Source: Pavona decussata (lineage: Eukaryota). Taken from it: a DNA stretch of 64,000 nucleotides. The position numbers and the translations under genes are program-made. Every line of letters starts with the position of its first letter. Within the stretch, counting starts at the first letter, position 1. The stretch covers positions 434,001 through 498,000 of the forward strand of contig CDRNST010000233.1 in NCBI GenBank assembly GCA_977016875.1. The letters are read 5' to 3'. The notes below the pieces were generated by a model, which saw nothing but the letters and a program-made list of their open reading frames with translations, made no database searches and was not told the DNA's origin. This document shows, in pieces, positions 61,987 to 64,000 of the stretch.

Positions 61987-64000
61987 TAACAATAATAATA
62001 ACAATAATAATAATAATAATACAAAATGGTTAAAACCATTTATGAGGTTTATGCATTTCACCAGAAAAGGTTTTATTTACGTTTTTCTTCTGAGTGACCC
62101 GTGCTTCTTTTATGCAGATTTCTCGACACACATAATAATGCTGTCAACGGTGGTTATGATCAGTGGGCTTCATGGGGGACATGCAGTAGGTCATGTGCTG
62201 GAGGAGTTAGACGGCGCATGCGTAAATGTTCAAATCCCGCTCCGTCAAATGGTGGACGGGATTGTAGAAGTCTTGGTTCTAGTGTGGAAAGCCAAGATTG
62301 TAATGTAAAATCGTGCAACGGTAAGAAGAACTAAATGGAAACAAAGTCGTCAAGGGTATACTGGTCAGAGTTTAGTTTAAACCACTCCCTCTTTTAGTTC
62401 AAAAGTGCTTTCGGTGAGTTAAAACTAAATCAATCAACTTCGAGGGCTCGAAGAATATCCCACGGTGGTGGACAAAACTAAAAAGCAAACTCAACTCAAA
62501 TCTATATTGCGGCGGGATTCATACCTGGGAAGTCTCGATACAAATTTTACATTTCAAGTATTTTCGAACACTTGATGACTCCTGTCTTCGTTTGGCTGGA
62601 AAATATAGTCCTTGGAGGGTCGACAAGCAAAAAAACTTTCTTCTTCAACTCGTTTTTAAGTAGCCGCTAACTCTATTCGTCTTTGGCCGTGAAGGGTATT
62701 CCTTGGAACTGATTTTTCGTGGGCGTGTGCACATCAGATGTCTTAAAAAAATGTAACTTCCCAGGCTCATTTTTGCATCTCTCTTCTAATGTATCCCCAA
62801 AGGATACTGGAATAAAACGTTATTCTAAGCCAAGAGAAAATAAGGGGACAGAGAGGGAAACTAGGGGCGTTTTGCGGACGTCTCGGGAAACAGACTTCCG
62901 TTTTCACGACGTCTAAAAACAGCGTAAATGAAATTCACATGTCTCTAGGGCTATACTGGGGGTCTCCCTCTCCTCTTATTTTCTCTTGTCTAGGCTGATT
63001 CCGTTTATTTAACACAGTGACTATAACAAGAGCTCCTACTTTAATCTGATCTCTTTTTTATACTACCCTAACTTTAACGATCACTTAGAAATAATTTTTT
63101 TTCAGCTGGCCATGACGTTGATGATCCCGAGTCTAGTGGTCCGTCGTCTTCGTCAACAAAGCGAGACGAAAGCCAGTTCCAACCGTTATCGGGTTCCAAC
63201 CTTTCCGATCCACCACAGGAAGGAAATCCTGAGGTAAATCCCGGTAAACATCAAGGACATCATGTCACAAGTAACCAAGATATGGGACATTCAGATGGCA
63301 AAACTCAACAACCAGCAGGTGGACAGCACGTTCCTATGTTGCATACAACACATACACAAGATATTGGTCCACCAGTTGGTCCAAACCAACAAGCTGTTAA
63401 CAACAATGTTGATATGTCCAACAGCGAAGAGGGGAAGTATACCTCTGTGTCTCATACAGCAGATGATAACCAAGGTGATGGCCCAGCAGTTGACCTAAAA
63501 CAAAAACCAAGCTTTAACAAGGAGGTCGATCAATCCAGCAAGGGAGAAGGAGACTATTTCCCCATGTCTAAGGAAGATATCAAAGACTTCAAAAAGGTAG
63601 TGTCATTTCAAAATTCAAAATCAGCTAACAATCCTGCAAAAGACTCTGAAAACTTGAAAGCTAAGGAAATGGAAAAATCCTCTGGAATGTCTAGCCAAGG
63701 AATCGCACATGATAAAGCCCTGAAACAGCCAATGCTAGCTACTTCAGGGCCAAGGGAGTCAAAAGGACAAGGAAACGGATTGTCTGACAACTATGTTACA
63801 CAGGGCAACAAATTTCCTAATTCAATGCATTTGCCAGTAAATAATGCAGCACTGAACAACGTAAAGGATTTTGGGAATGAAGTGTCCGAACCTACAGTCC
63901 AGGAATCTGAACAGTCCAAAGATAAAAACGGAATAAATACTTCTTCATCCGCTCGCCCAGAACCGAATATTTCTCACGAGAATCAGACTGATTCGGGTGC
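59282..64000 (+). CDS. Secreted protein: signal peptide, WSC-like domain, thrombospondin type-1 repeat, long polar low-complexity region (3' end outside window)
   Basis: Exons 59282-59360 (MWVIVLLLVNVPWDTVDA..), 60849-61091 (LGCWRD..C.KAA..GYKLFGIENGGQCF), 61529-61568 (DGKGGPWSLQVY), 62118-62320 (WASWGTCSRSCAGGVRRRMRKC) and 63106->64000 (appears open to the window end). Phases are consistent. A probable non-coding first exon ends at 59041 (AG|GTAAGT). Confidence 0.82.
61944..62021. repeat. (AAT)n microsatellite
   Basis: AAT repeats with AAC interruptions. Confidence 0.95.

Overview
Eukaryotic, AT-rich, intron-containing genomic DNA with three N-gaps. The repeat and gene content suggest a cnidarian, most likely a scleractinian coral; this is inference, not a database result. 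I could splice five genes by hand with consistent GT-AG boundaries and phases: (1) a 3'-truncated OTULIN/FAM105-family deubiquitinase on the minus strand, with an unusual N-terminal membrane anchor and a ~480-aa linker; (2) a complete 18-exon SF3A1 (minus, 727 aa) whose first intron has U12-type (minor spliceosome) signals; (3,4) two tandem 7-exon paralogues encoding 510-aa NXPE/PC-esterase (SGNH)-like membrane proteins; (5) the 5' part of a secreted WSC + TSP1 + low-complexity protein. Non-coding DNA holds many MITEs, two Penelope-like retroelement fragments and CR1/L2-type LINE fragments. The most striking unexplained structure is a set of three unrelated 140-235 bp insertions (33760-33897, 40315-40501, 41651-41885). 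Each is flanked by a 12-14 bp target-site duplication and folds into a long palindrome centred on a complete or partial minimal hammerhead-ribozyme core. They look like tiny non-autonomous ribozyme-bearing retroelements of the Penelope pLTR/retrozyme type.
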